Below the pieces are notes generated by a model that had not been told where the DNA came from, did no database searches, and saw only the letters and a list, made by a program, of their open reading frames with translations. The position numbers and the translations under genes were made by a program. From positions 43,586,001 to 43,650,000 of the forward strand of contig OZ024741.1 of the NCBI GenBank assembly GCA_964016885.1: 64,000 bases of DNA, in the 5' to 3' direction. This stretch comes from Eledone cirrhosa. Taxonomy: Eukaryota. Positions 40,476 through 57,576 of this stretch are shown here, one piece after another (the first letter of the stretch is position 1; each line of letters opens with the position of its first letter).

Positions 40476-41349
40476 AGTTCTCCTGTGAGAGCCCCTACAT
40501 GGACACACTGGAAGGGGAAGACCAAGGTTAACGTATGTTAATACCCTAAGGACAGACACTGGTCTGTTGGAGACGCAGGACATGGCAGCGATAATGAAGG
40601 ACAGAGTCCGCTAGAGAGAACTCGTCCATGGATCTCGGGAATTTACCCGATATAAATACGAATATACTAATTCCAATGCAAGCATACACATATAAAATGG
40701 GCTGGTGGGTGTGTGGATACTGTGATGGTGGCATGGTGGGGAATAGTGATGGTGGCAGTGTTGGTCTTGGTGTAGGTGAATGAGTAAAGCATATAAAGCG
40801 GTTTAGTTTAAAATCAAAGAACGGGAAGGGTGCTTGAATGAATAATAATGATGATGGTGGAAGCTTTGACGGTTGAATGGTGGCAGGGTGGTATTAGTGT
40901 TAAGCAGATATGTGAAATATATAAGATATATGAAGTTTGTATATAACTTATGGAGATATAAAGGAATTAACTACAATGAAGATTATGAAAATATAAATAT
41001 TATGGAATTATATATAGTGATGATAGTGGTGGTGTCTTGGTGGGGTGGATGTAATATATATGGAATGTGGAATAAAAGATGTAAGGAAAAGATGGAAAGC
41101 TGAATAATTGAAAAATGGAAAAGTTGAAATGAAAATGGAAAATGAAAGATGATAAAAATGACATAATGACAAAATGACAAAATTGACAAAAATGACAAAA
41201 ATTGACAAAAATGGATGGAAGGAAAGAAATTTAAAATTTGAAAATTAAAAATTAAAATTACATAGATAAATAAATAAATATATACATCACATTTTTTAAA
41301 TTACAAAAAATTGAATTAAGAATTAAAAGTAAAAAAAAATCTGTAATAA

Positions 41350-41530
41350 TAATTGTTTCTAATTTTGGCACAAGGCCAGCAATTAACGCAGTAAATTACT
41401 GGTACTTTATGTTATCGACCCAGTAAGGACGAAAGGCAAAGTGAACCTCGGCGCGTGTTGAACTCAGACCGTAAAGGGCCGTAACTTTATGCTGGAAAGC
41501 ATGGGGTACGAACCTCTACCGATACTCCCA
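41350..41530 (-). mobile_element. Main-family SINE
   Basis: Reverse complement of the consensus. Confidence 0.93.
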
Positions 41531-41679
41531 TAAACATAATATGAAGTAGAATAAAATATAAGGATTGGAAGAATATAAAGATTGTGGAGATCATAGAATA
41601 TGGGATTAGGGATATAGTGTAAGGCATATGACATATAACGTGTATGAGTGCGGAAATATACGAAACATTGTTTTTGATT

Positions 41680-42130
41680 CTGTGTTACAGTTAGGCTTAG
41701 GAGTGGCTGTGGTTGCCGATGTGTAGACCTTAGCATGAGTGGGGATGAGCAATGTCTTCGGATCGTTACACAATCCGGCACCTATCGTTATCTGCTTTAA
41801 AATAAGTATTGCAGGGAGAAAGTTGAGTCAGGCTACAAAAAGAAGTCATCCACTATTCCTTATCATCAAACATACTCTTGACCCTTACGATCACTACTTA
41901 TCTTGGCATTGATGTATCGAATCAGTAATTTGATGTCATAGTGGAAAGAGTCATCTAACGTTGTTGGTAGCTGGTCGTAGAATTTATTTATATCCTCTTC
42001 ATTTGCTTAATCGGTTGGAGCATAAACTAGGACGATAAACACTTTTGCGTGCCTGGTATGTACACAGGCTGTTATTATGCGTTTCTTTACAGGTATCCAA
42101 CCAATGAGTTATTTAGCTGTGTTTTCTACG
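41680..42130 (-). mobile_element. RTE-clade APE endonuclease fragment (probable 5' UTR at 42660-42905)
   Basis: LIGWIPVKKRIITA...VFIVLVYAPTD..NEEDINKFYDQL...INAK. Confidence 0.8.
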
Positions 42131-42168
42131 GTTGACTACAAACACCACTTTAGTGATGTTCTGTATTA

Positions 42169-42248
<80 letters not shown>

Positions 42249-42320
42249 ACACATACACTCACAATATATATATACATATATATGCATATACATATATATA
42301 TATATACATATATATATATA

Positions 42321-44528
<2,208 letters not shown>

Positions 44529-44540
44529 TATATATATATG

Positions 44541-44642
<102 letters not shown>

Positions 44643-45081
44643 ATTATCATATAGTGACTGTTGTGTCATGGAAAGTGTATGAGTGCATGCAACTATACAC
44701 TTTTCTGCTTCTTATAGAAGTGCATTATACTATCCGAGACATGAAAACATCCTGCAGATGTTAAGAATTATGTATCTTTTTATATACAAAACATTCTGCC
44801 CAAAGGAAGATGTAGATTTGCTACTTAAACCAAATACAGTATTTCAATGGTGAGGTATGTCATATACTAAATTAACGTTGATTCTAAACTTTTCAAGGAT
44901 GCATTTCCGCTTCCACAGACAGTTTTATTTTTTATCAAATCGATAATGCACTAACATTAACTATAATATATATATATGAAAAGATCCAGGACCCAGACGA
45001 CTGAGCTCCGGTCATTTCAACAGTCCACCTGGTATCTTACCACACTCTCTTTCTTATATATTTTATGTCTGTATATATATA

Positions 45082-45169
<88 letters not shown>

Positions 45170-45172
<3 letters not shown>

Positions 45173-45750
45173 CTCTTTTACTATTTTACCTGTTTCAACC
45201 GGCTGAGGCCATGCTGGGGCACCTCCCTTGTTGCTACACATGTTGTCTCCAGCCTGTATAGGTTGGCCACTGGTGTTAGAGGGAGTTTGTTGCTGCTGCC
45301 CTTAGTTTTCCCTTGTGTCTTGCTGTGGGCTCATCCGGGATTCTGGATAACAAGGTGTCGAGATGTTTCTTGAAGACATCCACCTCCACGTCATGCACAT
45401 CTCTCAGATCCCTCGGCAGATTGTTGAAGAGTTCAGGGCCCATGAATCCCAGGCTATTGCATTACCTGCTCCTTATTCTAGATGTGGAATACGGGACCTT
45501 TGGCACTACACAGTGACGTCCTGTTCTACGGTTGGTCCAGCTCCCAATGCCAAAGTTTGGTGCTAGTCCCTCCACGATTTTCCACATGTAGATCAGTGCG
45601 TATCTCACCCGTCTTCGTTCCAAGGAGTAGAGGTTCAGTTCCTTTAGCCTCTCCCAGTAGCTTGTCTCCCTCATCTTGGCAATCCTCTTGGTGTAGCTTC
45701 GCTGGATTGCTTCAAGCTCCGTGGTTAGTTTGACACTATGGGGTGACACA
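45170..45750 (-). mobile_element. CR1-group LINE 3' end
   Basis: LEAIQRSYTKRI...SYWERLKELNLYSLERRR.RY..IY.WKI.EGL.PN; 3' hairpin gtgccccagcatggcc and tail gtaaaa(g/t)agtaaaagagt. Confidence 0.93.
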
Positions 45751-45781
45751 AATAATATATATATATATATATATATGTATG

Positions 45782-45816
<35 letters not shown>

Positions 45817-45931
45817 ATATATATATGTATTGAAGTTTCCGTTGAAAATAGAAAAAATCATAGGAGTGAAGAGTGCTCTATTTAAGTACCAGAGCAAAAT
45901 TTAATGTATAAAAATCAATACAAAATAATTA

Positions 45932-46001
45932 CCTCATTACCAGAGGTTTCCCGAATAAGACGAATACGAAAGAGACGTCTTCATTCGTTCGTCGGACGAG
46001 G
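45932..46001 (-). ncRNA. Type-I hammerhead ribozyme (U4C core variant) in a pLTR-like insert (about 45830-47160)
   Basis: cctcgt-CCGACGA-acgaat.aagacg...cgtcttattcgg-GAAAC-ctctg-GTA-atgagg. Confidence 0.7.
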
Positions 46002-47167
46002 CAATATAAATCTTAGATAAATATTTTGAAAGTCTCCTCAAGAAATGCAAGAAAAATTATATATATATATAGATGAAGGTAATATAATAGTCATATAACA
46101 TATAAAATATATAAAAAAATATTTTAAGAAATATATTTAGGTGTGTGTATATGTATGTATATACACTCACAGATATACATATGTATATATGTACAAATGC
46201 GTGTGTATAGTGAAAAAGTGTGCGTAAATATATGTATATATGTAACGATAGACACACACATGATATGAGTGTATGTTTGACAGGTATACAGAGAAAACAG
46301 GGTGTTAGATACATTATAAGAATATGAAGGCACGCTTATAAACACGCACGCACGCGCGTACACTTATATGAGGGAGAAAAAGAGGTAAGGGAATGTAATA
46401 GTAAAAAGAAAGTATCAATCTCGATATAACTATAAAAATGGAATAATAAATTTGCAAAGTAAAGAAAAGAAAACAAACAAGGTACACGCGTACTTACATA
46501 CATATATCTAAAAGAAACATATATCTATAAAAAATATATATATATACACACGCAAAAGGTGCAGACAAAAGCGTATGCAAACGTACATACACACATAGGA
46601 TGCACATATATATATATACATATACATCGCCCCGTGTATATCTAATACTCATACGTACGCGACTGTATACACACACAACCCATACACACATAAATACATA
46701 TATACATATATATATATACATACGCACACACACACATCCATATATGCAGTACGCACACATTCACACACACACACATATATACACTCACGCACGTTGACCC
46801 GCTAACATGCACGCACATAAAAATAAGAATGTACAAAAACATAGATGTAAAGACACAGGTATAAAAACACACATACACACAAACACATATATACATATAT
46901 ATACACTCACGCGCGCGTACATACGGAGGCGTTCGTGTACATATATTGAAAGTATACACACGTAAAGACGCTCAGACACATAGATACAGGGTGTAAAAAC
47001 AGCCTTGTGAATGAGTGAGTGCAAATATAAAAATATAAAACTGGCTGCTAAATAACAGAAAATATCTGGAGTGGAAAACGCAAATGATTTGTGTAATCAG
47101 GTAGTGAAGAAAATAGGGAAGTAAAAGGTGGAAAGTGAAGATATTAGGTAGTGAATCGGAGAGTAAA

Positions 47168-48470
47168 GTGGGGGATTTGAAATGGATGGTTACCAACCCA
47201 ATCCTCAATGAATTGGATCTTCCATTTCTGTGCATTGATGGATGGGCTGATACCTTGTGTATTGAGTAAGAATGAGGAGGCTAGTTTGTTGGCTGGTTTT
47301 GAGTGTTGCAAGGGGCTTGTTTTGTGATTGTGTGTTAGTGACAGAATGGATGGTGTTCGGTGATGGCTAAAATGTTTTTCTCTATCTCTTTTGCCAGGTT
47401 CATGGCTAAAAAAGAAAGATTTTTTTTCTGTTCAGGCAGCAGTTTTTGATTGTATTTGCGGTTACAACATTGGATAGGGTTGCAGTTCCCTCTTTTGTTG
47501 TTGTTGTTGTATTTGTTGTAATTTTGTCTTTGTGAAAAGACTGGAACAGCGTTATTTTCGTATTTGTTGTTGTTGTGATCGTGTCTTTGTGAAAAGACTG
47601 GAGCAGCATTACTTTTGTTGTTTTTGTTGTTGCAATCATGTCTTTGTGAGGAGACTGGAGCAGCATTACCGCAGCAGGGGGTGGCTTTATTGTGGTTTGT
47701 GGGTTGGCATGGAGCCCCTATTCTGTTCGTGCGTTGTGTCCGAGGAAGATGAGTGAAGTTACAGTCAGTCAGCAGACAAAACCTCTCACGTTGGGAATGT
47801 TGGCAGATTTTGGGACTGCGACCTATACGTGCGGGCAGCGAGCTTTGGTGTTGGCTGGCAGTGTTAGTGCGCCTATTACCCGGTAAATGGGTAAATATAC
47901 AGTCGCTACCTGTGCATAGCCTCTGACGTAGAGAGTAGCGGCATATTTTGGGGTGTCTAGTATGTGTAGTGGGGGGTGCATACATCTCCATAGATTATTT
48001 TTTTAAAAAGTTATTTTGACTATGGCATGGCTGTGGTGGTGATGTGGGGGAAGAAAGAATTAGTGGTGATGATGATGATGACAACTGTGGTGGGAGAGAG
48101 AGAGCAGTGGTCCATTACTAGCAGTTGATGTGGCAGAAGATGGTGATGGCGATAATGATGGCTGCGTGAGTGGCTGGGGATACTGTAATTCAGTAATTCA
48201 GCTATCATGCTTGAATTCAGTAAGGGTTGTTCCTGGCTTTCTGGCTGTTGTTGTTGTTGGGGCTGTTTTGTTGTTGTGAATGTTGTTGTTGTTGTTGTTG
48301 CTTCTGTTGTTTTGTTTGTCCATTGGAGTAAAAATGTCGAAGTTTTTCAAAATGGTTTTGAATTAGTTTGAAAGAGATTTCTACATGTTTTAGTTTGTTG
48401 TGTATCTGCTTAGCAGACCTCGTGTTAAATGTTTGAGCTGTTTTTTCAGCAATTTCATTCAGATTTCATT
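47168..48470 (-). mobile_element. CR1-group LINE 5' part (ORF1), same family as 18112-19105
   Basis: KICRYSLRQRLCTGSDCIFTH, KICQHSQRERFCLLTDCNFTH, three NAAPVFSQR repeats and GRSNSL.IGLVTIHFKSP are shared with the 18-kb copy. Confidence 0.93.
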
Positions 48471-48597
48471 AAGCAACAAACTCCCTCTAACACCAGTGGC
48501 CAACCTATACAGGCTGGAGACAACATGTGTAGCAACAAGGGCGGTGCCCCAGCATGGCCTCAGCCGGATGGCTGAAACAGGTAAAAGAGTAAAAGAG

Positions 48598-48652
<55 letters not shown>

Positions 48653-48799
48653 TATATATATATATATACAGACATAAAATATATAAGAAAGAGAGTGTGG
48701 TTAGATACCAGGTGAACTGTTGAAATGACCGGAGCTCAGTCGTCTGGGTCCTGAATGTTTTCATATATATATATTAAAGTTAATGTTAGTGCATTATCG

Positions 48800-49606
48800 A
48801 TTTGAAAAAAAATAAAACTGTCTGTGGAAGCGGAAATGCATCCTTGAAAAGTTTAGAATCAACGTTAATTTAGTATATGACATACCTCACCATTGAAATA
48901 CTGTATTTGGTTTAAGTAACAAATCTACATCTTCCTTTGGACAGAATGTTTTGTATATAAAAAGATACATAATTCTTAACATCTGCAGGATGTTTTCATG
49001 TCTCGGATAGTATAATGCTCTTCTATAAGAAGCAGAAAAGTGTATAGTTGCATGCACTCATACACTTTCCATGACACAACAGTCACTATATGATAATACA
49101 AAATGCTAATCCAGAATCCGGAAATGCGTTCTCGTTGTAGAGTTATTTGTAATCTAGGAACGATTTACATTTTGTTTATCAATACGTACCGGAATTACCT
49201 AAATCAACATGTATGTCAATACAGATGTTCGCTGACTTGATTTGGATTTCAGATATTACATGAAATTCCCAAACAGTTTAAAAGGATTTGGCACTGGATG
49301 TATTTATTGTGGGTCACGAAAATATGCTAACATGAGTCGGAATATCTGTATATGAACACATGTATGAATACGATTGTCAGCAGTTTCGAAATGTGTGTTC
49401 TTTCTGTAAAAATCAGCTAAGGAATTAAACGGAAAAGTGCATAAGAATTTTAGTAGATTCGATCAAAGCTACATAAATGCAGGCATACAAAATCTTAATA
49501 CATCTACATGAACATGGAAGCAGATGTTATCTTTGACTCTATGTAAATCAATCCAGAAGCAGCCCCGGCAAAACACACATATATACACAAATATTCACCC
49601 CCACAC

Positions 49607-49697
<91 letters not shown>

Positions 49698-49960
49698 AAC
49701 ATAGACGCACATACCACCACACACATGTAAGATGTATGTGTGAATGCCTGTGTGCGTGCTTATCACCGTGTATACGTAAGTATATTTATGTTAGTAATTG
49801 TAGGATTGTAATGAAGAATGTTGAGATAAAGGTGATTAAGATATATTGGATTCGCTCAGTAAAGTGGAAGGAACGTTCCAGGAAATCCAATTACAGCATA
49901 CATCCTTATATAATTGCCGTGGTTCCATGTCTTTCAAATTTATAATATCGTTAAAATGTT
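48800..49960 (+). pseudogene. Degenerate intronless Cys-loop LGIC remnant D (clearest copy)
   Basis: One frame reads MIIQNANPESG...SYL*S(R for W)NDLHF...SIQMFADLIWISDIT*NS (WxPDIxxN motif, W at 49243)...IVGHENMLT*VGISVYE. Then TC after a frameshift, TW, and after the (CT)n tract SIHPYIIAVV (TM1-like). Confidence 0.65.
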
Positions 49961-50124
49961 GAATATTCGAAAACACTGTTTGTACGAAAGCCAGCTTTTG
50001 CGTGATTTTAAGCTTTCAAATGTGCATATAGGCTTTTTTTAGGTGCAAACGTGTGTATGTTTATCATCAGTGGCATTGTTAAAACACACATACAGATGAA
50101 TATGTATATACATAATACATACAT

Positions 50125-50185
<61 letters not shown>

Positions 50186-50273
50186 CATACACACACACAT
50201 ATATATACATGCATACATACATACATACATATATATATACATACATACATATATATATATATACATACATGCA

Positions 50274-50305
<32 letters not shown>

Positions 50306-50376
50306 CATACATATATATATATATACATATATATATACATACACATATATATATACATATATATATACATACATAC

Positions 50377-50407
<31 letters not shown>

Positions 50408-50556
50408 CATACATACATATATATACACATATATATATATATAGATATATATATAGATATATATATATACATATATATATACAAACATATATATATATAC
50501 ATACATACATATATATATATATTCTATTCTAAGGCGGGTAAAATTCCCGAGATCCA

Positions 50557-51389
50557 TGATTGCTAGGCTAAAGAAATACATAAATAAATAAATAAACAAA
50601 TAAGTGAATAAAAGAATAGATAAATAAATAAAATAAAAAAATGTAATAAAGAATAAAAAAATAAATAACAATAATAAGAATAAACTAGGTGGGACGGAAA
50701 TAAAGGGACCCTTATACGAGGTATAAGTGCGTGTATCGTACGGTGACGGGTCAACAAAGGGGGGGCCAAAATACTAAAGAGACTACCACGAAATAATAAA
50801 GGTTTCTACACCAATCACAGGGCTAGCAACCACCCAGTGCAAGAAAGTAAACTAGTACGAGAATATAATTCAGGGTCCCGCAACAAAATACTAATGCTAA
50901 CTCATTTATTTATCTATTCTTTTATTCACTTATTTGTTTATTTATTTATTTATGTATTTCTTTAGCCGAGCAATAGCGAGAGACTTAAGTCTTAGTAACC
51001 AGACTTTGCTTATTTTTTTTTTTTCATTCTCAGTACTTTTTATAGTTTTACCCTTTATTGTTCTACTTACCGTTTCGACCCCCCCCCCCAGTCTCCTCTT
51101 AGACCTCACGCCCAGCTGTAGCCGGCACTACCAACGCATGAAGGGGTCTACTCCACCCCGTCTCCCTTTTTCTCCTACCGGCAGGTTTAGCTACCCCTTC
51201 CACCCACCAATTTGCCATCACAGATTTACTACTAACTTGTGATGTGACCAATCGTGGTGTTATCTCTTTGACCATATATGGAATTACCCCTTGATAAGCT
51301 CGGCTATTTAAATACCAGAATAAATTTTCATTCAGTCTAGAATTAGCCGTCGAGACGGCTTGAGCTCAGCCGTCGGGGTCTTACTTGTT

Positions 51390-51390
<1 letters not shown>
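50557..51390 (+). mobile_element. pLTR-like element with an internal inverted duplication and a hammerhead at 51286-51379
   Basis: 50557-50630 is inverted at 50903-50975. HHR acccc-TTGATAA-gctcggcta...tagccgtc-GAGAC-ggcttgagctcagcc-GTC-ggggt. Confidence 0.7.
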
Positions 51391-51432
<42 letters not shown>

Positions 51433-51433
51433 G

Positions 51434-51509
<76 letters not shown>

Positions 51510-51583
51510 CATACATACATATATACACATATATATACATACATATATATATATTTATATACATATACATTCATATATATACA

Positions 51584-51649
<66 letters not shown>

Positions 51650-51654
51650 CATAT

Positions 51655-51790
51655 ATATTTATTAGAATAACAGATTAAAGTGTAAACAAAGATTCGCTGC
51701 TTTTACCCCAACGGGATCTTTCAGAAGATCCCGTTGGGGTGAAACACCGATTCTTTGCTTAAACTTTAATCTGTTATTTTAATAAATATT
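51655..51790. repeat. Palindrome with arms about 65 bp, folded at a hammerhead core
   Basis: ...ttttaccccaacgggatctt-tcag-aagatcccgttggggtGAAAC...; the left end abuts (TA)n. Confidence 0.9.
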
Positions 51791-51878
51791 TGCTGTACGG
51801 TTCTTATATATTTCATATATATTTATCCTTATCGAGCCCTCTTTGGATTTTAGTCTTCGAATTTATTATTATTACTAT

Positions 51879-51917
<39 letters not shown>

Positions 51918-52136
51918 ATGTAGGAGGTGAGTTTTATCGTAGCACAATAAAGCAATGCAAATATCGGGTATGTTGTTTAGACACTACCTTGCCCACAAGT
52001 GTCTTTTTTAAGCTTCATATCATGACTCCCTATTTAATCTGATGAGAACGCAAATATTGTCCCTGGATGATATTTGTTTTTTAAATGCGCATAATAAAAT
52101 ATATGGAACCATTTTAACCATCTTTTAATTTCTTCT

Positions 52137-52196
<60 letters not shown>

Positions 52197-52429
52197 CAAA
52201 CGATGTATGCGATGCTCGAGATTTCGATCTTACGGAGCGCCGAGAGGATAATACTCATAGAACATGTCGCATGCTAAGATGGGGTAAAAAAATCTATCGG
52301 TACTGTCAGATGCACCTGACTACTTACATTTAGTTTCTGCACAGAGCACACTGCATCTTCTATAATGTGTGTGTGTTTACGTATGTGTTTACGTATGTGC
52401 TTGTATGCGTGTATGGGCATATGTTCGCG

Positions 52430-52499
<70 letters not shown>

Positions 52500-52645
52500 A
52501 ACGTAAGAAAAAAAAATATAAAAATATATATATATATATATATATATAGGTATATTTCGTGTTTTTATCTGATTCGCAAGATATTTATCTTAAAACGTGC
52601 GTTGAAACAGATATTGCTGTACTCCCAAACTATACCAATATATAT

Positions 52646-52737
<92 letters not shown>

Positions 52738-53007
52738 AAAAGGGTGTTTTGGGTTAAAAAAGTCATATATATAACTCCCAAAAAATTAACTAAATGGGCA
52801 CATATATGTAAGGAGATGATAGATAACTTGTTTTCAAGAATGTATGGGGCAGTAACATCGAAATTTCGGTATAAGAAACTCTTTAGACTGATTGATCCTT
52901 TGCCTTGGTCTGGGCATCGATCTGCTTGGTTGTGGTAATTTTTCTGGTGTAATGGTGCATTTCTAAGGTATGGAGAGTTAGTTATTTACTTTATTAATGT
53001 ATCAAAG

Positions 53008-53190
53008 GGCGGTGATTTGGCAGTATCGGTAGAGGGTCGGACATGCTTTCCAGCATAGTTACAGTCCTTTAGGATCTGAGTTCAAATCCCGTTGAGGTTA
53101 ACTTTGTCTTTCATCCTTACGGGGTCGGTAAAATAAAGTTCCAGTAATCTACTGGTAATTGCCTACCTTGTACCGAAAGTAGAAACAATT
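53008..53190 (+). mobile_element. Main-family SINE
   Basis: Full consensus; TSD attaatgtatcaaa. Confidence 0.95.
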
Positions 53191-53419
53191 AATGTATCAA
53201 ATGGTTTTGATATTTTCGTTTTTATTTGCTTTACGTAATTGTGTATGCGTTTGCATTTGTTTGCGTTTGTATGTTTATATATGTTTATGTTTCTGTATGA
53301 GTATGGTTGAAATTGTTTGTTATCATTCTCTATTTTAAGCTGAGGCATCCTATTCCTCGCACCAACCAGTCTGCAAATTCTTTGCTTTATTTGCCAATGA
53401 AATCATTTCAAAATGCATA

Positions 53420-54930
53420 CCCTTATTTATTATTTAATTCTATGAGCGATTCCATGGCAACTAACACAGTATAACATAATCTATAGCTTGCTGTAGAAGT
53501 TTAGCAATCTCAGCAACTGTTAAGGCACGTATATTTAAAATGGCGAATCACTACTTTTAAAATAGCATGCTTTCCTCTGACGTAGTCACAGTCCTCTTCA
53601 ATATCTTGTTTTCTTTCATTGAGATTCCTCAGTATTTGAATAGTTAATTAATAAGGAAGTTGAGTCTCAATTTGGCAAGCAATTACGCTTTCTTTGATTG
53701 AAATGTTTAAATAATTAATGAATTTGTGTTCGCTTTTAGACAATTATTTTTCAATTCTAAAGCAAGCGAGCTGTGACATCAATGATAGTTAATCTTAAGA
53801 AAATATCGCATCTAAAATATCAAAATAAACCTCAAAGATAGCAAATTTCAAGCCACTGTATTCAGCTAACTGACATATTCATCCAGACCAAATAGTAATT
53901 CCTGAGAAGAGAACACGAACTCATGGAACACTGTAATTTAATGTAAGCCTGTATCTGAAAGGCAACGAAGAGGGTATGACATAAGTGAAATTGTTGCTTA
54001 ATTGTGTACATTTTGGATCGATAATTTAGCAGCTGTATATTGAAACCATGGTTAAATATACAACTGCGTTAATATGAATGTAGATGTGATAAGAAACTGT
54101 TAAAATATTCTTACATTATTTAGAACCCATAAGGGTAAATAGATTGAAAAGATGATGAAATTTATAGAATGTAAAATTTGACTAGTTTTTTTTAGGTGTG
54201 TGTGTGTGTGGGGGGGGGGGCGTCCTATCATTCACACATGCACGCACATGCAGGTACACACACACATATATACATACATATATGCTCACAAATACACAGA
54301 TATATAGATACATATTTATTTGTGCAGATTTATATAACAACATACATACAAAAATGCATATATGTGATAGGCTTCGTTACGTATTTCCTTAAAATATATA
54401 TGCATCAGGTTGTTCAGAAAGTAGTGCATACATTTTATCAATAACCTTAAAATGACATATGACAGTCCAGAATATAATTTGTTTATCGAAAGGAAAACTA
54501 AAAATTAGAATCTACCCATATTTGCCAACACAATACGAGTTTATTTATCGCGGTAACACAGATTGTGAAATTCATGAAACTATGAATTTCTCGATAACAG
54601 TTTATGCGAATGCTTGATTGTTGAAAACTTTTGGAGCAATAGGTTGCAGGAATGCTTGATAACGTAATAGTTGTTTTGTGAAAGATCCGATAAATGTAAG
54701 GGATCTGGCAGAGTTTCGTAGTGCAATTCATTCAATCGCTGGACCGACCGTTATGTAGTGTATGCGGGAGCGTTGTCGTGCAAGAGAAATCCTGCATTAA
54801 TTTCTGAACAAAGATATATTTAGAGAGAATTTTTTCCAAAACCTGCTGTCACACTTGAACGTATCTCCAGAAATTGAAATATGCTAAAATCTGTTGACAT
54901 CAAAACGTCTATAAATGAAATGTTATTTGT
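53420..54930 (-). pseudogene. Degenerate intronless Cys-loop LGIC remnant H (TM region), split by a mariner relic
   Basis: NILTVSY, then one frame IIDPKCTQLSNNFTYVIPSS...RLTLNYSVP.VRVLFSGITI...LAEYSGLKFAIFEVYF (TM1-TM2-TM3), and later LTVAEIAKLL...DYVILC (pre-TM4/TM4). Confidence 0.55.
54405..54812 (+). mobile_element. Tc1/mariner DNA transposon deletion derivative
   Basis: TIRs ttgttcagaaagtagtgca / tgcattaatttctgaacaa (17 of 19 match), with a caggttgttcagaaa terminus. Internal LAEFRSAI resembles a transposase C-terminus. Confidence 0.6.
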
Positions 54931-56276
54931 ATTAATAAAAATAGAAAAAAGAGAGGAAAATTCTCAGATTGAAAAAATATAGGAAAATGGAAGTTAATTT
55001 GCGAATTATTGTAGTCCCAGATACAGAACACCGGAAGTTTCGATAGGAAACAGCGCAAACATGAAGCGGTTGGTCAAATCGTTGTATTTTGTATTTTACC
55101 GCTTCTCCGCATTACGGACAGCAGTACCCGAATTTGAGGCTGCGGGGAAGGGGATTGAACTAGAGGAACGTCTAATAAAATGGGTTATTAACGACCTATC
55201 TTTCCCGAATGAAAAATGGCTATCTCGTATTGACTCTTCCCGTCACCGGGATCGATAATTGCAGGCTCCAATAATAATTGTAATCCGGATCAAGGCTCCC
55301 TCTTCTGACGTCAATCAAGGCAGCCTGCCGAGGGAACCGACTTGCACTTTGGTGACAAGTGAGCGGATTTAGTCGAAACCTAAAATTCAAACAGCCAGCC
55401 AAGTCACACATTGTGTCATCATGAATCTCTCCGAAGACTACGTCAAGGGTGCCCATATCTGTAGAATATCCAGCCAGGTACATGTTACTCTCACGAACAA
55501 ACATTGCCATTGATAAAATACATTTGAACACACATCGACGAGTTGACAAAAGTCTATATCCAGCCAGGTCATAAACCCAGTCCACTCCTAGCGTTGATAC
55601 TTATGACACTGTTAAACCAATCCACTTGTGGTTCTGTCTCTCGTGATACCTAGCTACAAGACTTAGGGTAGTTTGAAGGGAATAAACACAGTTTATCTAA
55701 CATGAACATGCCACTAAGCAGCATCCAATAACATAAAGATAAAGATAATCACGTCGACACCTAATTAAATATGTTGAAGGAGAGCTTGAAAACTGAAAAT
55801 ATTGCATAATACAACGAGTTACATCAATTAGATTTACATTAATATAAATTAATGACTGAATGATTTGCTTTTAACTATAGGCAACGATATGGTTTCTGTG
55901 AGAGGCAATGTTATAATCGATTAGCATGGCCTCAGAAATACGCAACAATGCTAATGTATAATATCAACAACCCAGAGCTGTAATGCGAACGAAAGTAACA
56001 TCAAAGACCTTCTCCATACCATTCCCCGTCCACGCTCCCCTTTATATTCACCCATCTCTCTTCGTATACGTCATCAATACAATCATTAAGTATTGAAATA
56101 ATAATGGATGGAGATATTATCTCTGCAAACAATATATATATATATATATATATATATTCATAGGAATATAAAATACAATATATCAATTATTGCCCCCCCC
56201 CCCCCACCGTATAAAGTCATATTGTGTGTAATACATACATACATAATATTTACATTCAAATATATATATACATATA

Positions 56277-56343
<67 letters not shown>

Positions 56344-56769
56344 TATATACACATACATATATATATATATGTGTGCACATATACATACATACTTATATAT
56401 ATATATAATGCATTTTTATAGAATATTGGCGTTTATTTTATTAACATCTATGTACGATTGCAAATTTGACAATGGTGAAGCTGAAGCAGAACATGAAAAT
56501 GACCTCACTCGTTACTCGTTGCAATAAATCAGTGAAATCGTCTGCTATGTGTTCCCTGACCTACCAAAAGTAATAAAAGAACAAATTTTCTATACAAACA
56601 ATATATACGCAGGCACTTTCTATATACACAATAATCTGAAGTAATAACAATCAATGTATATTATGTATTATATGTATTATATATATGCTGACATAGTTAT
56701 ATGAAATGGAAGCATTTATTTGAATATAGATTGCTGAACATATATATAAATATTCATATTAATATATGT

Positions 56770-57175
56770 ATATCATCTGGTTGAATTTGCTCGGACATTT
56801 ATGAGCCTAGCACGCCATTCATCACGGTCAAGCATAAGTGTTGGCAGGTCGTTGGGAGAGCTTCTTGTGTCTCGACACAGTTGGTCCATGTAAGTTAAAG
56901 GTGGTCAGCCAACCTTTCTCCGACCGCAGCTGGGTGCCCAAAGCAAAAGATCACTAAAAAGCTCTTGCTTTTCGAGCCAGCAGTGTCCGGCAAATCACAA
57001 TCTGCGTTTCTGCAATATTGAAGATATGTCAAGGATGGTCCGTAGATCAATTCTTTAGTATGATGCTGTGTCCATGAGATATTAAGTACAGCCCTCAGAA
57101 TCCGTGTTCTATCAAAATTGGATTGTAGTGTTTTGGTCAGTGTCGAAGCAATGGCACCATACATCAAGACATATT
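56770..57175 (-). mobile_element. RTE-X LINE 3' fragment
   Basis: YGA...TLTKTL...D.TRILRAVLNISW.QH.TKELIYG...FAGHCW...DLLLW.P. Confidence 0.85.
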
Positions 57176-57576
57176 CATGTCAATCTGTCACACGCACGAC
57201 AAGAGTCATCGGAACTTTTTAATAATTATTACTATAATTAGTATTTTAATAATAATAATAATAATAATTATTATTATTATTATATATATATAAATTCCCG
57301 ATACTCAATTCTGCAATAATTTTTAAAAATTCAATTAGTGATATCTAAAAGACATCTGACTGATAAAATGATTAGTAGCACGGAAGATGCCACGTTTTAG
57401 GTTGTCCGGAAGATGAGATTTCCAGAGTATGCCCATCTACTTAAGGGCAGTCCATGTAATAGCTATTCTTATCTTCATATCCTTTTCAGTTGAATTGATT
57501 TGATAGATTCTCCAGCGAGTGTTTCAGTAAAGCCTATCTGATTGAAGCGAATGAAATCGATGCATCCACAAATAAT

